A stretch of DNA of 64,000 nt from Octopus sinensis (Eukaryota), in the NCBI RefSeq assembly GCF_006345805.1, contig NC_043001.1, positions 496,001-560,000 of the forward strand, read 5' to 3'. The stretch's first letter is position 1; each line of letters begins with the position of its first letter. This document shows, one piece after another, positions 13,630-26,955 of the stretch. The position numbers and the translations under genes are program-made. The notes below the pieces were generated by a model. It was not told the DNA's origin. It saw only the letters and a list, made by a program, of their open reading frames with translations, and made no database searches.

Positions 13630-14050
13630 TTATTTTTTTATTTTTATTTTATCTAGTTTCTGCTCACAAGCTGTGGTCATGCTGGGGCACCGCCATTTGG
13701 TGTTGCTACATAATTTTACTTCACAAATGCTTTTTAGGAATTGACATTTGGTGAATGAGAGAGTTTGATGCATCTGCCCTTATCTGCACCTCCTGCTGCA
13801 AAGTTGGTTCATCTGGGACGCTTGACAGGAAGAGGTCCAGCTTTATTTTGAAGACACCTATATCCACCCCATGCAGGTCTCTCAGGTCCTTTGGGAGAAT
13901 ATAGAAGAGCTGTGGACCTCTGAAGCCCAGGCTATCGCAGTATCTTGTCCAACATCTTGATGACAAAATTGGAGTCCTTGAGAGGCCATCCGGATTCCCG
14001 TTTGTGCCGTGAACAGGAATTAATCTTCTCTCTTCGCTCTTATACGCCAT
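13630..14050 (-). mobile_element. 3' end of an APE-type LINE (CR1/L2/Jockey-like) with A-rich tail
   Basis: ORF 14050-13721 contains GFRGPQLFYILPKDLRDL...FKIKLDLFLSSVPDEP...ASNSLIHQ. Short 3' UTR containing ggcggtgccccagcatgaccacag, then (TAAAA)-like tail. Confidence 0.8.
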
Positions 14051-14339
14051 TTGGTCTCAACTCTCCCCCCCTCCTCATCTAACCTCACCCCCCTCCTCAC
14101 CTATCCTTTCTCCCCCGACCCCTACTTCTTCAGTCCTTCATCCTTTCACCCCTACTCCCCTCCCTTCTTCCCTCTTTTCTCCCTCCCTCTGCTCCCTCAC
14201 TCCCTCTCTCCCCCTCTCCCTCTTTCCTCCTTCATCCCCTCATCCCCTTCCTTCTCCCCCATCCTCTCCTCTCCCCCCTTCTCCTCCCTTCCCCCCCTCT
14301 TCTCCCCCCCCTCGTCTCCTCACTACACCACATGACTTT

Positions 14340-15000
14340 ACACATCACATCACATATGATGTGCCATACTAATACACACACCAACTAATACATACTAATA
14401 CGTACTAATACATACTAGTACATACTAATACTTACACCAACCCTATACATACACACGTCCAGACCCCGCATACGCACTTATACTCTCTCTCACCACACAC
14501 ACACACACCTATACATACCAATACGTACTAATACATACTAATACATACACCAACCCCATACATACGCACGTCCAGACCAATCTTACGCACTAATACTCTC
14601 TCATACACACACACACACACACCCTTATACATACTAATACATACACCAACCCTATACATACACACATCCAGACCCCTCCCACGCACTTTTAGCTGGTCCC
14701 TCAACCGTTTTATCAACCCTATTATCTCCCCTTATTTCGCTCTCGCATCTCATGTTTGATCTTTGACCTCTGGCCGAAATCAGATCGCCATGTTGATTCG
14801 TTAGCTACTGCACGCATTTTTTTTCTCTCCTTCTTTCTGTGTTTTTCTCTCTCTGTGTATCTTTCTGTTGAAGAGCGTAGGCTCGAAACGTTAAAGACTT
14901 GTTTTATTTATATTTCCTGAGCGCCATACTAATACAATTGTTCGTTTGTTTTCCACCTGCCATCGTCTTTTGTTTATTTTCATAAAGCTTCCCGTTATAT
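14340..15000 (+). mobile_element. Penelope-like terminal-repeat region (diverged ~105-bp tandem units plus hammerhead motif)
   Basis: Three diverged units containing accaaccctatacatacacacgtccagacc, then a hammerhead-like motif at 14860-14897, ending in (TA)n. Confidence 0.5.
14860..14897 (+). ncRNA. Minimal type I hammerhead-ribozyme-like motif (core A6->U variant)
   Basis: Stem I TCTTT/AAAGA; core CTGTTGA-A; stem II GAGC-gtag-GCTC; GAAA; palindromic stem III ACGT; H17=U. Confidence 0.55.
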
Positions 15001-15024
15001 ATATATATATATATATATACATGT

Positions 15025-17870
15025 GTGTGAAGTGATATCAAAATTTTCCCACACTAGTTATGGTTGATAAAAGTAACTCATTTATATTTTAACATCATTT
15101 CTTTTGAAATAGTCATCTTCTGCAGCAATACACTGGGCCCCAGAATTTCTGCCACTTTTAGAATCCAGCCTAGAAGACGTTTTCTGTGAGTTGAAGACCT
15201 AATGTGACTTGATCTTGACAACCGTGTTAAAATGGCAACCTCTGAACTTCATTTTCACCTTGGGGAAGAGGCAGAAATCTGCAACTGCTAAATCTGGCGA
15301 ATAGGGTGGGTGCAGCAATGGTGCTTTCGGTGAGCAACTGACGAGGGAGAAGAGCTTGGTGACAGGTGATGAGTGAGAAGAGCTTGGTGACAGGTGACGA
15401 GGGAGAAGAGCTTGGTGACAGGTGACGAGGGAGAAGAGCTTGGTGACAGGTGACGAGTGAGAAGAGCTTGGTGACAGGTGACGAGGGAGAAGAGCTTGGT
15501 GACAGGTGACGAGGGAGAAGAGCTTGGTGACAGGTGACGAGGGAGAAGAGCTTGGTGACAGTGACGAGTGAGAAGAGCTTGGTGACAGGTGACGAGGGAG
15601 AAGAGCTTGGTGACAGGTGACGAGTGAGAAGAGCTTGGTGACAGGTGACGAGGGAGAAGAGCTTGGTGACAGGTGACGAGGGAGAAGAGCTTGGTGACAG
15701 GTGACGAGGAGAAGAGCTTGGTGACTGGTGACGAGGGAGAAGAGCTTGGTGACAGGTGACGAGGGAGAAGAGCTTGGTGACAGGTGACGAAGGAGAAGAG
15801 CTTGGTGACAGGTGACGAGTGAGAAGAGCTTGGTGACAGGTGACGAGGGAGAAGAGCTTGGTGACAGGTGACGAGGGAGAAGAGCTTGGTGACAGGTGAC
15901 GAGTGAGAAGAGCTTGGTGACAGGTGACGAGGGAGAAGAGCTTGGTGACAGGTGACGAGGGAGAAGAGCTTGGTGACAGGTGACGAGGGAGAAGAGCTTG
16001 GTGACCGGTGACGAGAGGAGAAGAGCTTGGTGACAGGTGACGAGGGAGAAGAGCTTGGTGACAGGTGACGAGGGAGAAGAGCTTGGTGACAGGTGACGAG
16101 GGAGAAGAGCTTGGTGACAGGTGACGAGGGAGAAGAGCTTGGTGACAGGTGACAAGGGAGAAGAGCTTGGTGACAGGTGATGAGGGAGAAGAGCTTGGTG
16201 ACAGGTGACGAGGGAGAAGAGCTTGGTGACAGGTGACGAGGGAGAAGAGCTTGGTGACAGGTGACGAGGGAGAAGAGCTTGGTGACAGGTGACGAGGGAG
16301 AAGAGCTTGGTGACAGGTGACGAGGGAGAAGAGCTTGGTGACAGGTGACGAGGGAGAAGAGCTTGGTGACAGGTGACGAGGGAGAAGAGCTTGGTGACAG
16401 GTGACGAGGGAGAAGAGCTTGGTGACAGGTGACGAGGGAGAAGAGCTTGGTGACAGGTGACGAGGGAGAAGAGCTTGGTGACAGGTGACGAGGGAGAAGA
16501 GCTTGGTGACAGGTGACGAGGGAGAAGAGCTTGGTGACAGGTGACGAGGGAGAAGAGCTTGGTGACAGGTGACGAGGGAGAAGAGCTTGGTGACAGGTGA
16601 CGAGGGAGAAGAGCTTGGTGACAGGTGACGAGGGAGAAGAGCTTGGTGACAGGTGACGAGGGAGAAGAGCTTGGTGACAGGTGACGAGGGAGAAGAGCTT
16701 GGTGACAGGTGACGAGGGAGAAGAGCTTGGTGACAGGTGACGAGGGAGAAGAGCTTGGTGACAGGTGACGAGGGAGAAGAGCTTGGTGACAGGTGACGAG
16801 TGAGAAGAGCTTGGTGACAGGTGACGAGGGAGAAGAGCTTGGTGACAGGTGACGAGGGAGAAGAGCTTGGTGACAGGTGACGAGGGAGAAGAGCTTGGTG
16901 ACAGGTGACGAGGGAGAAGAGCTTGGTGACAGGTGACGAGGGAGAAGAGCTTGGTGACAGGTGACGAGGGAGAAGAGCTTGGTGACAGGTGACGAGTGAG
17001 AAGAGCTTGGTGACAGGTGACGAGGGAGAAGAGCTTGGTGACAGGTGACGAGTGAGAAGAGCTTGGTGACAGGTGACGAGGAGAAGAGCTTGGTGACAGG
17101 TGACGAGGGAGAAGAGCTTGGTGACAGGTGACGAGGGAGAAGAGCTTGGTGACAGGTGACGAGGGAGAAGAGCTTGGTGATAGGTGACGAGGGAGAAGAG
17201 CTTGGTGACAGGTGACGAGGGAGAAGAGCTTGGTGACAGGTGACGAGGGAGAAGAGCTTGGTGACAGGTGACGAGGGAGAAGAGCTTGGTGACAGGTGAC
17301 GAGGGAGAAGAGCTTGGTGACAGGTGACGAGGGAGAAGAGCTTGGTGACAGGTGACGAGTGAGAAGAGCTTGGTGACAGGTGCGTCATCGTCATCCTGGA
17401 GAATCCAATTCTTTGCAGTTCACAGATCCAGTCATTTTCGCTGAGCGTCCTCCCGCAAATGCTTCACTGATTCTCCTCCAATTGTCCTCATGTACAAACT
17501 GATGACCTGTCTCCACATCTCTGGGAGGGTGATGCTCATGGCAGGTCTTCCTGATCACTCATCCTATTCCAGGGATGATCTTCCACTTCCGAAGTGCCTT
17601 TGTCACACAAAACATTGTGTATGACCCGTTGCCTCATCACCATAAGCTTGCTGAAGCATGCTCAATGTCTCTGAAGCAGACTTTCCAACTTTCCACCACA
17701 AAACTTTTATGTTGGCTCTTTGTTCTAACTTCCTACCGATGACAAAAGTCACAGACTACAGCAGACACACGTGATCACAACTTGCAAAGTAAACACAACA
17801 ATGTCACTTGGCACACTGCCCAATGAAGGTCACTGCTAGCTCTCACTGCGCAAGCAACCATGTGCTGTCA
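15025..17870 (-). mobile_element. Internally deleted mariner-type transposon carrying a 2-kb minisatellite
   Basis: Right part encodes the mariner N-terminal HTH region (GKSASETLSMLQQAYGDEA...SGRP), then jumps to a WIL-DD-AP-CH-like motif. Left part encodes HPPYSPDLAVADFCLFPKVK and the degenerate C-terminus. Confidence 0.8.
15340..17385. repeat. 28-bp minisatellite, ~73 units (GACGAGGGAGAAGAGCTTGGTGACAGGT)n
   Basis: Direct head-to-tail units without spacers. Recurrent GGG>GTG variant and a few 1-nt indels. Confidence 0.97.
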
Positions 17871-20394
17871 TCTGTTGGTGCACTACATCTTTGTGTCCAT
17901 GTATGCCCCACCACTGCTAGACAGCTGACTGTCCACCTCCCTGCATGTACCAGCTTGGTAAAAGAAACTGACAGAACAAGTACTTGACCTTCTCCCGCCA
18001 AAAAAGGTCAGAGGTCAATTCATCTGACCTCAAGGTAGCACCCCAGTATGACTGCAGTTCAGTGACTGAATCAAGCAAAACAAATTGACCATATATGTAT
18101 GGGAATCGATTCCCACATGTACAAATGCCCATTTTTTTCCCATTATGGATGTTTATATGCTCAAGTCCCCTCTATGCTTAGCCCCTTGTGGGCAATAAAG
18201 AATTAAATGTTAAACTATTTTCTACAGTCAATATACAATGAATGCTTTTGAATCCCCATCGTTTCCTAATTCATGCAGAATTCACACATTTAAGTTGTAT
18301 GTAGTTACTTGCTATGCAAGAAATAACTGAAAAATCTCCTTCACCACAATCAGATTCCTGTAAATAACAGAGATAAAAATATGTTTAAACATATCTTTTC
18401 TAATCAGCAAAGAGGTGTGTATGCAGTGACACATTTTTAGGTGGAGGTTTTGAGTCTTATTAGATATTTTCAGTCTTTATTTGACTACACAGGGATAAAA
18501 TAAGTTGAAAAATTTTAAGATCCCTCTCTGAAGGACCTAAGCAAAATGTTTCTATGTTAAATCTGTTTGATTTTGCGGTGCGCATAGCTTTTTCTGTGAC
18601 TGTAGTAATACATAGGGTGGGAGTAGAATGTGAAATGATTAAGGATACAGCATTACTTGATTTAGGAATTATCTCAGTCTTATAATTATAAGCTGAGCAC
18701 TCTAAACATTAGACCACACCTTCATGGCAGAATAAATTTGGGGTCATAGATTAATTTCTTACAGTTTTGAATAATTTTATTTATGTAGGGGGTTCAAATT
18801 CAGCCAGGGTCAGCTTAGCTTTTCATCTTTTGGGGATCAATAAAATAAAGTAATATTGAAGTATATTTAATCAATTTAATCAACAAACTCCCTCTTCCCA
18901 AATTCCTTGCTCTCTATCTATTTTGTGAGAAACTTTCAAATTTAGATCTACCCAAGTCACTACTCAGAGTTTTAGTACTGGAAATCTACTCATCTTGGAG
19001 TAAATATTATTATTCTACTGTACCTAGCAGTATTGAGTTAAATGAACCAATAAATCTAATTCTACAACCATGTCAGATTGCCATTCCTCCATCCCACCTG
19101 CACATTCAAGAGAAAACACAAGCAGCACACATTTATCCACTCAACTAACAGAACACAGGAGAAATATCTTAAAATTATGAGATTAAAACCTCTTCTTTTA
19201 ATTTCGAACCGATATACTGATTCTTTACTTTCTGATTTCAAATTCTGTCTAGGTTGGGTTTACTTTTCATTCATCAAGGGTTTAAAAAAAGTACCTGTCA
19301 TGTACTGGGGTTATTTTAATCAAATTTACTATTGATTAGAAATTTTGAATCTCAAAAACTAGACAACAGAGCTTTATTGTGTTGGTACAGTTTGTGATAG
19401 ACATAATTTCTCAAATTATTGTTGATGTAGCTGAGCTGGTTAAGGTTATATATTCTAGAGCCATTATTGTCTTGTCTTTTATTCATACATAGAATATCAA
19501 GGAATACATTTTCAAATGTATAAGTTTGTTGTTAGTATTAGAGGCTATAGTTTTTGTTGTTTAGATTCAGGTTAGTTGTGTTCCAGGAGATTTATGCTCG
19601 AATATCTTCCAGCACTGACCATCCCAGCTTTTATTCAAACAGTGTATCTACATCTACATCATCAGAATCACCATCATCATTTCAATATCAAATGTTCCAG
19701 GCTCACATGAGTTGCACACAATTGGCTGAAGTGGATTTTCTACGGCTGGATACCTTTCCTGTTTGTCAACCCTCACCTGTTTCCTAATGAGTTAATATTT
19801 CCTAAGGCCAGACATGTTTTTACAGAAGACTGGAAATGAAGCACAATGAAGGGCACTACACACATGGCAGTGACACAACTATTATGCAAAATCAAGGCAA
19901 GGAGGCAGTAACACACACATGCACATATATAACATGAACACATACATACAAATGGGCACACACACACACATGACAAGCTTCTCTCAGCCTTCACCCATCA
20001 AACCCACTCACAGCAGAAGACACGTGCCCAAAGTGAGATCAAAGCTGAAACCATGCCGTTAGGAAGCAAACGTACCAACACACAGCTACGTCTCTGCCTT
20101 TCAGCCATGCTTGCACTATTATCTAATGTACAGCAGTTGATATAAGTGGGTACAATTATTGTTTATTCCTGGGTCAGTTATTCACAAGACTTGTGATTAA
20201 AGATCTTCCAGGCCTTGACTACCACAACCTTATTGTATTTTGGGGACTATCCAATGTGTTCTTCCATTTCAAAATGATGAAATGTGTAATTTCAGAGAGA
20301 TTTGGCTGCTTTTCTAGCAATTTGCATGACCACAGAGACAAACACAAATTCAAAAATACATATACTCACATATATATCATCATCATCATCATCA

Positions 20395-21860
20395 TCATTA
20401 TCATCACCATTTAATGTCGATTTTCCAAACTGGCATGTGTTGGCCTGGTTTCTACAAGTGGATACCTTTCCTAATGCCAACCACTTTTCAGAGTGGACTA
20501 GGTGTTTTCTTTTTTTTTTACGTGGCACCAGCACAAACGAGGCCACCAAGTAACTTGGAAAACAAAATCACCTCAATTGAAGAGGGAATAGTATCAAGGA
20601 GATGACTTTGTGCTGGGTGTTGAGAAGTAAAGAATGATAGAGGGACAAAACAGATGTCTTGCCGTGGAGAAGATACATAACTACACAAGTTAGAAAAGAA
20701 AGAGAGAGGAGAGAGAATGGTGAAGTTATGTTGGGATGTACTCTCAGGTTACCGAGAGAGGTGAAGTGGTAGAGAGGATTGGATAGGGTAAGTTGATGAG
20801 AATGCAAAAGGAGAGTGAGAGATCGAAGAGAAGGGAATGCAGTGAGAGGACATGAGTAGAGGGAGTGGTTGGGATAGATTTATTAGGGACAGAATGTGCA
20901 CAGGAGCAAAGACATAAACAACACGCCTTTAGGGCCTTATTTTGTCTTAGATGGACAGATCTTCTCAAGTAGAGCAAATCGTCAATCATCTTGGTCCTTT
21001 GTCACTTCCTCTGTGAGGCTCAACATCTGAAGGTCATTTTCCACTACTTTGTCTTCCCATTTCTTCTCTGGGATTCCTCTCTTCTATGTTCCATCCACAT
21101 TTTGGTGAATGTCACTCCTTCATGCAACTGTCCTCATCCATATACACCACATGACCAATGTGATTTACATCACATGACATATACATCACATGATCAATGC
21201 AGTCTTCTCTCTTCCACTCCACACCTGATGCCTCTTATGCCCAGTTTTTCTCTCAACAAGCACTTTATCATACATGCAAACTGACATTGCACATTCAGTG
21301 CAGCATGCTGGATTCATTTCTTTCAAGCCTCCACATGTCCTCTGCATTCACAGCCCATGTTTCACTACCATGTAGCAGTGCTGTTTGTACACAAAGCATC
21401 ATACAATCTGCCTTTCAATATAAGAGAGAGACATTATGTTGCCAACAAAAGTAATACCCATCTCAACTTTCTCCATCCTATTCTTATTCTAACAAGTATA
21501 CTTTCAAAACAACGTCTTCCATTGTTAATTAGGTCACCTAAGTAACTGATGCTATCTACAAACTCTAAGGACCCTCCCAGGCATTTGGGGAAGTCTATTT
21601 CCAGTGTGTCCTTAGTATTCACTGCTCCTGCACATCAGGAAGTAACTTACTTTGTTGCTTCCTGTGATTTACTGCAACCCTTTGTCCACAGTTTGCATTG
21701 GACACCCCACATGTAATTTCTACCACTTTTTTCTACATTTCGACCAGGGTAATTTTCCTGAAAGGATTAGTAACCTGTTTGTTTTCCATTTTATTAGAAA
21801 ATTGGTCTTTGCTAAGTTAACCCTAAGGCCCTTTGATTCTAAGTTTTGCTTCCACACCTA
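20395..21860 (-). mobile_element. Old RTE LINE copy (long-3'-UTR subfamily), 5'-truncated
   Basis: Degenerate RT-end homology at ~20990-21860, GA-rich spacer, RTE 3' UTR motif (ttctacaagtggatacctttcctaatgccaaccact) and (ATC)n tail at ~20376-20410. Confidence 0.7.
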
Positions 21861-22123
21861 GAATTTCCTTTACACTCACACATGTGTGTCGTTTCCACTC
21901 CCTGATGTAAGAAGTCAACTTACACATGGCTTCGTCAAGATGCAGTTTGCTTCTTGTCTCACCTTTTGTACAATCTTCTAAAGACTTTACACTTCTCTGT
22001 GACAGGAGTTAGTCCCACTGCACAAAACAAACATCTATTTTGGGCCCTGAACTTAACTTTGTATTTAGAACATGTTTGATAACATTTTGAGTGATTTAAG
22101 AGACGTTTGCAATGGAGAGAGAG

Positions 22124-22164
<41 letters not shown>

Positions 22165-23761
22165 ACGCACGCGTACACACACAGGTGTGTATGCATGTAT
22201 GTGTGCATGCATGTGTGTGCATACATATGTGTGTGTGTGTGTGCATAAAAATCTGTTAGGTTTTCTTTTTAAGCTTTCCAGTCAGTGAATGCATGTTTTC
22301 TAGGTTTTTATTTATTTAGTCATCATGGCTGTGGCCAGGCTAGAACACTTTTATAAGTATTCTTAGCATTTTTTTTTTCTAAAAACATTTTATACATTCT
22401 TTTTTAAAGTTTTAACTGCAACTGAATTTCACCATTTAACAAAAGGGTTAGGGTTAGGGTGCAAATCTTGATAGCCACAGTATTCCTTCAAGGAACATAG
22501 GACAATGCCCTTCTAATTAAGAGGATTTATGGTGGATCTGTTAGTTTGATGCAAGTTGGTAAAAGAAGAGTGGAATTAAGAATATAGTGAGAGACTGGCC
22601 TTGGTTAAGAAAGAGAGATGTGTGGGCAGGGAATGTATTGAATTAACTGCTCAAAAGTCCTGAGTTCAAATTTGTTGTGGTTGGGTTTTCTTTCGTTGTG
22701 TCTCTGGAATATAACATGTTATTTTGTACTGTTTTAATTCATCTGTATTTCAGGGAGTTTGCACCAAGTGTCGTGAGAAGTTTTTTTTTTTTAATGATAA
22801 ACCACTATCCTATAGAAAGAGTAGGCATTAAGGTGAACTTAATTTTCCATCTGGATCATGTTATAAAACCAGAGCTAAGATTGTACCTTGAAAGTCCTCA
22901 AGGCGTTTAAGGATTAAGAGATATTTATATCATATAGTGAAAAAAAGTCAAGAAGAATATAATACAGTAATGGTACACCTAAGGAGATTTTAGTTTGGTG
23001 TCAGTAGTGCTGACAACATAGCAGTAGGAGCAACACTTCTGAGGACATGGCATTAGGCAGTATAGCAAAAAGGTAGACATAAGAGCAAAACATTAAGCTA
23101 AGTATATAAAGTAAAGTATCTACAGTTAAGAGCTTGAAGTAAGAAATGTGCAACTAGGAATCCAGCCTTAGCTAGGTGTATATAAACAACACAACTAGAA
23201 ACAGGAAGTTAGTTGAAGTGTAATAGTATTAATTTTTAGCATGGAAGATACATTTCAAATAATATTAGCCATATTAATAATTTAGAGGAAGTTGTGTGGT
23301 TTAAAAAAAAATTATTTCAGGCAATCAGTTTTGAATATCTATCCTGTACTAAAATGTCCTTCCTCTTTGCAACATATGAGCTTATACTTGCAACATATAT
23401 ATTATATTGATGCCTTTTACAATTTCTGCTTGTAAAATAACAAAGCTGAAGCATATTTTTGTATCCATTAAAACTATTTGTTATTTTAAGTCTTACTTGC
23501 ATGTGGCTGAGTGAAAATTGCACAGAACTTCTAAAATTGCTTTCATCTGATTATAATTAAAGCTTAAATATTGAAGCTATGCTTTTCAAGGTTTTTACCT
23601 GCACTTGTTTAAATGTTTAAATACAATATTTCACTTCTAGCACCCTACAGATTAAGATATATAAACACAAGAGGGTTTAGTGGGGAATGAATGGATATTT
23701 TATCTATGCTTTTAGAAGCTCTGAAAAATGTGATTCTCTTTGCAAAATATTTATTTTGTTA

Positions 23762-23793
<32 letters not shown>

Positions 23794-23836
23794 AAAAAGC
23801 AATAATAATAATTATAATAATGATAATACAAAAAGC

Positions 23837-23882
<46 letters not shown>

Positions 23883-23885
23883 TAA
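23762..23885. repeat. Interrupted (AAT)n microsatellite
   Basis: Direct reading. Confidence 0.95.
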
Positions 23886-25491
23886 AAAAGCAGGAATAAT
23901 AGTAACAATCACTGAATGCTTCTTTCAAGCATCTGAGCCAACTCACAGACTCCACCATTTTTAGCCTGAATGCATGTATTGATTGTAAAACAAAGTTATT
24001 AGTTGGATATCATATGATACTGGATTAAAGAGTTATCTTTGGATATAATGGAAAGCAAAGTCATTGTGATTAACTATAAATTAAACCTCCTTGCTCTAAA
24101 TATAACTGTATGTGTATTATGTACAAGAGAACTGTAGCCCAAACAAACATAGTAGATGGGGGGGGGGTCAATATTTTTTCCTCTAACTCTTAATAATTTT
24201 TGTGCATAGGCAGATTAACTACTTGATATAAACAACCATAATGAGCTTATAAAATAATGATGACATTGTCAAAATACATATAAGAAAAACATAAGAAAAC
24301 AAATGTTATTTTGATACTTAGTAAAATTGCACAATTTGCGGACATAAAGTGACCTATATCTAACACAGAAATGAGGGTCAATGATATTGTCAATTCCATA
24401 TCTCTTCCATTACTTAACTAAATTTTACTAATACAGTGCATTTAAAAAAAATTCAATTCTACTTTTTCTTTGAGGAAAGAAGTGTTAGGCTGACTCTGAC
24501 AATGCCTGAACTATGCACTGTTAAATCTGCTGTATACCAAATTAATTAGGAACAATAATCTTACTATAATCACCAACAACTTTCTACTACTATGTCGCTC
24601 TAAGATTGGACATTTTAATGACATTTCAAAACATTGGCAGTATATGGACTGTGTATCAGTGTTGTTATATGTAGAACATCTAATAATTGTTAAAATTACT
24701 CTGTCTACATGAAGTGAGCATGAGAGATTGTGTATTCCATCATTGGGGCACTATCTTCCCATAATTCAGTTATTTTAAGGATTCTGTAAAAATAAAGGTA
24801 TTAGACTAGATAAAGTTTTGAACTCTTATCCCTTTGGTCCCAAGTTCATAGGTTGTTGCTGACATCTTGTGTTAAGAAATTTAGCCCTCAATTTGCCTTG
24901 GTTTAGCTCTCCGGAGATAATTTTAGCCAAAATTTTGGGAAATTTTTTTTGCCTTGGTAGAAATGTCTTTAATCTATCATTTGAATAAAGAGCTATAACC
25001 TACAAGTTATCTGTTTGCCTTGTTTTAACTACCTGGAGAATATTTTCCCTGGTTTTCTGGGAAATTTATTTTCTCAAGGGAAGAAACAATGCTTCATATG
25101 TTAAATGCTGCAATAAAAACCTAGTATCTACTTACATCTATAGTATGTAAAAAGATAACATAATACCAGAAAATATAAGTATACTAATTAAAACTGAAGA
25201 AGGCTGATTTGTAGAGAATGAATTTGAAGCACCAGAAGTCATATCAACTAATTTTAATGATAGTCTAAAGAATTTGAATTTGCAGAAGTATATAAAAATG
25301 CGACAAAGTGGGTAGCTATAGAACTGCTATGGTGAAGTCTGTTGAATAATTTTGAAAAAAGTCTCTGCTCATGTGTTTGTATGTGTGTGTGTGCATAAAT
25401 ATATATATATATATATATATGCATGCACACACATATATATATATACACATATATATATATATACATAAGTATACACACACTTACACACACA

Positions 25492-25533
<42 letters not shown>

Positions 25534-26264
25534 TGCATATATTTGTATACACAGGATTGTTATAAAAAGTAAAGCTTGTACATTAATGAAATAAATGCAA
25601 AACATTAAAAAACTTCAATAAAAAATAAAATAAGTCCCTAAAAAATTCCAGTTTCTAAAAAATATGTACTTTGCCATGTTTATGAGATGAAGCTGTCCTT
25701 TTAGTTGTTGGTCAAGACCTTGGCACAATGTAATACTGGTTTTAAAAATATAAGTTTGGGACAGTTCTCTGGTAATTTTTAAAAAATTTACTCTTTTTAA
25801 AAATGTATTATACACTTGCACATAGCAAAAGAAAATTTTAATATTTTTTGAAGATGGTAGTAACTGGGGAAGGGAACCAACAATAACCAGGTTATCAAAA
25901 GCCAAAAAATAAATAAATAATTAAATAAATAAATACAAAACTACATTTTTCTTCTTGAAAAACGGTGTTATTAAACAAACCAGTTTTGTTCTCTTTTTCA
26001 TTTTACTACCCTTTTTTTTTGTTTGATTTATTCTTTCACATTTCTTTATAAATCATAATAAATACAATTATTACATGCTTACATGCAGGTATTTGCTTTT
26101 GACATGAATATTTTGTCTCCATATTGACATCACTAAACCAAACTGTTAGAGAACTATGTTTTCTTAATATTTGTGGTTGATCTTACAGGAAGCAGAGTTA
26201 ATAAACCAAAGCCTTGAAAATAACGGTCATCTTGATATTGTTTTTTTTTTTGTTTCCTTTTACT

Positions 26265-26379
26265 CTCTCTCTCTCTCTTAGTCTTTTAATATTTACATTA
26301 TATACATATGCACACACGCACACATGCACACACACACACACACATATAAAATTATATAATATATACATATATAATATAC

Positions 26380-26423
<44 letters not shown>

Positions 26424-26445
26424 TATACATATGTATATATAAATT

Positions 26446-26479
<34 letters not shown>

Positions 26480-26494
26480 TATATATAAATATAC

Positions 26495-26580
<86 letters not shown>
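26265..26580. repeat. Compound (CT)/(CA)/(TA)n microsatellite block
   Basis: Direct reading; similar (TA)n blocks at 27235-27520, 33735-33906 and 46135-46450. Confidence 0.95.
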
Positions 26581-26582
<2 letters not shown>

Positions 26583-26707
26583 GTTTAGACAAATGCAAGC
26601 ATTTATAATTTTATGAAGAGATACAATGCACCTGAACTTCAGGACATGCAATCAAGCATGCATGCATGTTTTAGTAATAGTTTTTATTTATTCATTTATT
26701 AGTATTA

Positions 26708-26752
26708 TTATTGTTGTTTTTCTGGGGGTGCAGGGGGAGCTTTGTTCCTTTT
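26708..26752 (-). CDS. Possible short terminal exon of the Kirrel-like gene (KRNKAPPAPPEKQQ*)
   Basis: Strong pyrimidine tract cccctcttttttttgttgacgatAG. Phase 0 matches the upstream donor, giving a 203-nt intron. The stop is followed by three overlapping or adjacent AATAAA motifs (26700-26683). Confidence 0.4.
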   Translation of the reverse strand, partial: KRNKAPPAPPEKQQ

Positions 26753-26955
26753 CTATCGTCAACAAAAAAAAGAGGGGCAGCATTAAGACAGACAGCCAGG
26801 AAAATGCAGCCTAATTCTTGTTAGTTTTTGATATTAAAGGATTAGTATAAAGCTTCTGTGGTTTTGGATTTTTTTTTGTTATTTTTTGTTTCAAAGAGAG
26901 CTGCCCAAAAACTGTGTCATACCAGATAGGTGTGGTAATGTTGAGAAAAGCGTAC

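Noticed and set aside
15340-17385. CRISPR array
   Set aside because: Units are contiguous with no unique spacers, no cas genes are present, and the context is eukaryotic.
15199-17394. 731-aa ORF as a real Ser/Pro-rich protein
   Set aside because: It is the translation of a stop-free 28-bp tandem repeat inside a deleted mariner, and its 28-aa periodicity equals three DNA units.
19030-19100. Minus-strand exon candidate with good acceptor
   Set aside because: Every phase reaches a stop without giving a Kirrel-like sequence; phase 0 gives only VGWRNGNLTWL*.
22445-22460. Telomere-like (TTAGGG) repeat
   Set aside because: Only ~2.5 units, which is compatible with chance or a repeat fragment.
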